Of a stretch of DNA of 64,000 nt, positions 59,933-64,000 are shown one piece after another (the first letter of the stretch is position 1; each line of letters starts with the position of its first letter). The position numbers were made by a program, and so were the translations under genes. The notes under the pieces are model-generated. The model worked only from the letters and a program-made list of their open reading frames with translations, did no database searches and was not told where the DNA came from. Source of the stretch: an uncultured Actinomycetes bacterium (GTDB lineage Bacteria; Actinomycetota; UBA4738; HRBIN12); NCBI GenBank assembly GCA_963706005.1, contig CAVPLL010000010.1, positions 162,459 through 226,458 on the forward strand, read 5' to 3'.

Positions 59933-62900
59933 CTAGGAGGAGACTTCGGTCTCCCGCTGCTCGAGTGTCTGCCGGGTGGTGAGCAGCTCGTCCACGCTCT
60001 CGAGCGGGAGCGGCTTGGCGAAGTAGAAGCCCTGACCCAGGTCGCATCGCAGCGCCAGGAGCTTCTCGAGCTGATCCGCTCGCTCGATGCCCTCGGCCAC
60101 CGGACGCAGCCGCAGGATCCCTGCCAGCTCGATGATGGCCGCGGTGAGCGCCGATTCCTCGCCGCCCTCGTTGACCCCGTCCACGAAGGACTTGTCCACC
60201 TTGAGGATGTCGACCGGGAACCGGCGGATGTAGTTGAGGCTCGAGTACCCCGTGCCGAAGTCGTCGACGGCGAGGCGCACGCCGAGCTCCTTCAGCTCCG
60301 CGAGACGTTGGATCGACAGCTCCATGTCTTGCATCATCACGGACTCGGTGATCTCCAGGACGAGGCTGCTCGGATCCAGCTGGGTCTCCATCAGGGTCTC
60401 GGCGATCTCGCCGACGATCTCGGGACGCTGGAGCTGCCGAGCCGACAGGTTGACGGCCATGTGCAGCGGTGGGTCCATCACGTAGCGCTGCTGCAGACGG
60501 CGGGCCTGGGTGCACGCCTCCTGGAGCACCCATCGGCCGAGCGGGACGATCAGGCCGGTCTCCTCGGCGAGCGGGATGAAGTCCAAGGGCGCGATGAGGC
60601 CGCGGGCAGGGTGCTGCCAGCGGACGAGGGCCTCGAGCCCCTCGATCCGTCCGGTCGAGAGCTCGATCACCGGCTGGTAGTGCAGGACGAACTCGCCGTT
60701 GTCGACCGCGCGCTGGAGATCGGCCTTGAGCTCCAGTCGCTGCAGGGCCGTGTCGTGCATCGCGGGTTCGAAGACCTGGTACCGGCCCTTGCCCGCTTCC
60801 TTGGCCATGTACATCGCCACGTCTGCGTTCCGCAGGAGCTCCTCGGCTCCCTCGGGTCCGCCCGTTCGCGCGTCGGCGGTCGCGATGCCGATCGACGCCC
60901 GGACGAACACCTCCTTACCCTCGAGATGGAACGGTCCTTCGAGCGATGAGAGGATCCTCGCCGCGACCTCTGCCGCGTCGACCCCGTCGCCGCCGTCCTC
61001 GAGCAAGATCGCGAACTCGTCGCCGCCCAAGCGAGCCGCCGTGTCGGCCTGGCGGAGCGAGTTCTTCAGGCGCTCGCCCACCTCGCTGAGGAGACGGTCC
61101 CCGGCCGCGTGGCCGAGCGAGTCGTTGATCGTCTTGAAGTCGTCGAGGTCCATGAACAGGATCGACACCGGGAGGCGGTCGCGCGCCTGGCGTTCGATCA
61201 TGTGCTCGACGCGGTCCTTGAACAACGCCCGGTTCGCGAGGCCCGTGACCGCGTCGTGGAACGCCTGGTGTGCGAGCTGCTCCTCGAAGGCCTTGCGTTC
61301 GGAGACGTCACGCGTGTTGAGGACGATCCCCTTCACGTTCTCGTCGTGCAGCAGGTTCGTCCGCAGGGTCTCGACGTGCAGCCAGAAGTCGTCGCGGTGC
61401 TTCATCCGGAACTCGGTGAGTCCGGGGTGGGCGTCGCCCTCGCGGCCGCCCGACGTGAGGAACTGCAGGACGCCGGCCCGGTCCTCCGGGTGGATCAGGA
61501 TCGTGAGCTTCGTCCCCTCGAGCTCGCTGGCCGCGTGGCCGAGCACGCGCTCGACCGAGGGGCTGATGTACCGGATCGTGGAGTCGGCCTCCACGACCAT
61601 GACCACGTCCGACGAGTTCTGGACCAGGGACGAGAAGCGCGCCTCGCTCTGGCGGATGAGCAGGATCTCGGTCGTGAGCGCGCTGTCGAGCGCCAGGGCC
61701 ACCTGGGAGGAGAGGGCCTCCAGCGAGTCCCGGATCGCGCGCGGCACGGTCGTCGCCCCCGCGATCACGAGCAGACCCTGGAGCTCCTCCTTCATGAACA
61801 GCGGAGCGCTCAGCACGAAGGCCGCGTTCTCGGGCATGCCGAGCGAGCTCGCGAGCTCGGCCTCCCCGACCGGGACCTCGTAGGAGCGATGGGACTGGAG
61901 CCGGTCGCGCTTCCACTGGGGGAGGATCGACAGGGAAACCGTCGTACCTTCGACACGCTCGACCCCTCCGGTGGCCGCGACCACCCGGAAGACGTCCGGA
62001 TCGTCCTCGGTCGCGACGAGCAGCCGAAGGCCGGCGTCCTCGCCCACGAGGGCCCGAGCGGCCTCCAACGTGGCCGCGTAGATGCTTTCTCGGTTCGTGG
62101 CCGTCACGAGCGACGCGCCGACGTTGCGCAGCGCCTTCTCCCGCCGGGTCGACTGCTCCTGCCGGCGGACCAGGCCCGCCATCCGGGCGGCGACGAGCAC
62201 GAACAAGCAGGTCGTCGAGATCGTGATGACCCACAGGTCGGTCGCCTCCTCCCGGAGCAGCTGGATCGCGCGCACGGCCTGCGGGACCAGCGACGCGGCT
62301 CCGAGCAGGAGCAGGCGCCCGCGGGTGAGGCGGACCTCCTGATCCGGCGCGCGATCGGCGAGATGGCGCATCGACGGGTGCAGGGCGGCCGCGCCCCACA
62401 GGAGGTAGAACATGCCCCATCCGGCTTCGAGGTAACCGGACTGATCGTAGACGAGGCCCTGGACGGAGATGTACGTGTACACGGTGTCCGCGAGGAACAG
62501 CGAGAGGGCCGCCGCCCCCATGAGGTAGAGCGACGGAGCCCGCTTGCCGGCGCCGATCGCCAGCCGCACGACCGCGGTGAGCAGGATCAGGTCCATGAAC
62601 GGATACGCCATGCCGACCAGTTTCTGCACGAGCGTGGAGGTCGAGTCGTGCGCGACCGGCGACATCAGGAACACCCACTGCATCGTGCCGACGCCGATCG
62701 CGACGATGAGCGAGTCGATCACGCTGTCGCGGTCTCGGCCGGGGTTGCGTTGGCGGATCAGGAGCAGCAGCCCGCCGACCAGGCACGGGTAGACCAGCAG
62801 GTAGGCGACGTCGCCGATCGACGGGTACGGGAGATCGGTGCCGAAGAAGTCGTTGTAGTTGTAGGTGATGACGTCCCCGATGACGAAGAACGTCTGACCG

Positions 62901-63097
62901 AGCGCGAACAGGTACCAGGGAGCACGGACGGTCGGCTTCCACATCCGGACGGCGACCACGATCGCCACCGGCGAGGACAGCGAGATCATGTTGAAGACCC
63001 ATCCCTGCCGCATGTGGGGCAGGAACAGGAAACCGAGGAGCGCGGCAACGCCGCCACCCAGGTACAGGAGCCAAGCCCGAGGCTTCATGTCTGCCAT
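59933..63097 (-). CDS. membrane sensor c-di-GMP enzyme: multi-TM N-terminal domain + GAF + PAS + GGDEF + EAL
   Basis: Start MADMKPRAW. Approximately eight TM helices. GGDEF motif RLGGDEF. EAL motif EALVRW plus DDFGTGYSSL and EITE. The upstream 238 codons of the track ORF are Arg-rich artefact. Confidence 0.85.
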   Translation of the reverse strand: MADMKPRAWLLYLGGGVAALLGFLFLPHMRQGWVFNMISLSSPVAIVVAVRMWKPTVRAPWYLFALGQTFFVIGDVITYNYNDFFGTDLPYPSIGDVAYLLVYPCLVGGLLLLIRQRNPGRDRDSVIDSLIVAIGVGTMQWVFLMSPVAHDSTSTLVQKLVGMAYPFMDLILLTAVVRLAIGAGKRAPSLYLMGAAALSLFLADTVYTYISVQGLVYDQSGYLEAGWGMFYLLWGAAALHPSMRHLADRAPDQEVRLTRGRLLLLGAASLVPQAVRAIQLLREEATDLWVITISTTCLFVLVAARMAGLVRRQEQSTRREKALRNVGASLVTATNRESIYAATLEAARALVGEDAGLRLLVATEDDPDVFRVVAATGGVERVEGTTVSLSILPQWKRDRLQSHRSYEVPVGEAELASSLGMPENAAFVLSAPLFMKEELQGLLVIAGATTVPRAIRDSLEALSSQVALALDSALTTEILLIRQSEARFSSLVQNSSDVVMVVEADSTIRYISPSVERVLGHAASELEGTKLTILIHPEDRAGVLQFLTSGGREGDAHPGLTEFRMKHRDDFWLHVETLRTNLLHDENVKGIVLNTRDVSERKAFEEQLAHQAFHDAVTGLANRALFKDRVEHMIERQARDRLPVSILFMDLDDFKTINDSLGHAAGDRLLSEVGERLKNSLRQADTAARLGGDEFAILLEDGGDGVDAAEVAARILSSLEGPFHLEGKEVFVRASIGIATADARTGGPEGAEELLRNADVAMYMAKEAGKGRYQVFEPAMHDTALQRLELKADLQRAVDNGEFVLHYQPVIELSTGRIEGLEALVRWQHPARGLIAPLDFIPLAEETGLIVPLGRWVLQEACTQARRLQQRYVMDPPLHMAVNLSARQLQRPEIVGEIAETLMETQLDPSSLVLEITESVMMQDMELSIQRLAELKELGVRLAVDDFGTGYSSLNYIRRFPVDILKVDKSFVDGVNEGGEESALTAAIIELAGILRLRPVAEGIERADQLEKLLALRCDLGQGFYFAKPLPLESVDELLTTRQTLEQRETEVSS

Positions 63098-64000
63098 CAC
63101 GTATCGGTGGGCCGAGCCGGAGACCTTAGACCGGACGCCGAACTTCCCGAGGTGGGAAAGGGCCCCTGACCAGCGGAGATGGGTGCCAGCGGGCCCTCGA
63201 GGGCCCCGAAGCCGGTATCGCCGTTCCCGTCGACGTGCGTGCCCGCGAGCCTCCCGCTCCGCTCGATGTCGCGCATCCCGGGCAGGAACAGGAAGGCGAG
63301 GGTGACGATCCCTCCCAGCAGGCCGGCCCCCACGAGCGTCTCCGTCGCGCCGAACGCCCCCGCGATCGGGCCCGTGAAGGCGTACGAGATCGGGACGAGC
63401 GCGATCGAGATGAACCAGTCGAAGCTCGACACGCGCCCGAGCAGCCGGCTCGGCACCAGGCGGCCCTTCGTCGTCGCCCACACGATCGTCCCCGCGCCCT
63501 CGAGGGCGTTGAACGCGAAGCAGGCGGCCATCGCCTGCCACGGGAACCGGGCGAGCCCGTAGCCGGCGATCGCGAGCGTCGACGCCGTCCAGACGAGGTA
63601 GATGAACGTCATGTTCCTGCGGGGCATCTGACGGTTGCCCATCACGATGGCCGACGTCATCGCGCCGATCCCGCCGACGGCGAAGATCAGACCGAGGTCG
63701 GCCGCGGTGCCGTGCATCTCGTTGCGGACCACGAACGGGAGCAGGACCTCCGACGGGCCCCAGAAGATCAGGTAGCCGAGCGTCGCGGCGAGGAACGTGC
63801 CCCACAACCACACCTGCGAACGGACGTACGCGAACCCCTCGCGGAGATCACCGATCACCGAGCCGTGCGGCTCCTCCGACGTCGTTCGCCCCGATCGCAT
63901 GAGGGCGACGCAGGAGATCGAGACCGCGAACGTGCAGGCGTCCACCACGAACGCGGTTCCCGCCCCGCCGCTCGCGACGATCCAACCCCCCAACGCCGGG
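63097..64000 (-). CDS. MFS transporter, C-terminal half (runs off window end)
   Basis: Six TM helices. Stop overlaps the downstream GGDEF-EAL gene start (TGATG). Confidence 0.55.
   Translation of the reverse strand, partial: PALGGWIVASGGAGTAFVVDACTFAVSISCVALMRSGRTTSEEPHGSVIGDLREGFAYVRSQVWLWGTFLAATLGYLIFWGPSEVLLPFVVRNEMHGTAADLGLIFAVGGIGAMTSAIVMGNRQMPRRNMTFIYLVWTASTLAIAGYGLARFPWQAMAACFAFNALEGAGTIVWATTKGRLVPSRLLGRVSSFDWFISIALVPISYAFTGPIAGAFGATETLVGAGLLGGIVTLAFLFLPGMRDIERSGRLAGTHVDGNGDTGFGALEGPLAPISAGQGPFPTSGSSASGLRSPARPTDT

Noticed and set aside
61109-63169. 686-aa plus ORF and 588-aa minus ORF overlapping the GGDEF-EAL gene
   Set aside because: Arg/Asp/Gly low-complexity. The genuine GAF-PAS-GGDEF-EAL frame is 59933..63097.

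Overview
High-GC (about 70%) actinobacterial-type chromosomal segment. It is densely coding on both strands, with many ATGA/GTGA/TTGA start-stop overlaps that indicate operons. No rRNA, tRNA, CRISPR array or insertion sequence was recognised.

Main blocks:
- 1-5.1 kb: heterotetrameric sarcosine oxidase operon, minus strand, order soxB, MmcQ/YjbR-like, soxD, NTF2-like, soxA, soxG.
- 5-14.6 kb: assorted enzymes (M15 peptidase, serine hydrolase, cysteine-synthase-family, acyl-CoA dehydrogenase, GNAT, TetR plus a CrtI-like oxidoreductase plus an NDP-forming acyl-CoA synthetase).
- 14.6-25.9 kb: a duplicated divergent two-gene module. One gene is a giant multidomain protein (SARP-like wHTH/BTAD, Ser/Thr kinase, STAND P-loop NTPase, one TM helix, WD40 propeller). 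The other is a small HExxH protein. One copy is heavily frameshifted with degenerate kinase residues; the other carries a single apparent frameshift.
- 25.9-40.2 kb: Tat-secreted phosphoesterase, lipoprotein, ROK kinase, second acyl-CoA dehydrogenase, a/b hydrolase, secreted propeller-repeat protein, a second CrtI-like oxidoreductase plus amidase, an ABC-2 exporter, and two tandem FAD oxidoreductases.
- 40.3-58.1 kb: ilvD; DeoR regulator plus APC permease; two small tandem paralogs; a dimethylglycine-oxidase-like gene plus a choline-kinase-like gene; then a leaderless ilv leader peptide (MFHHQEKTGPRALVLIA) with an attenuator hairpin, followed by a 107-aa ORF, ilvB, ilvN, ilvC, leuA, leuB, cimA and a GNAT gene.
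- 58.6-64 kb: a receiver-TM-His-rich-tail protein, a GAF-PAS-GGDEF-EAL c-di-GMP protein and a partial MFS transporter.

The ORF track uses GTG/TTG alternative starts shown as M. Many listed long Arg-rich ORFs are antisense artefacts of the high GC content.
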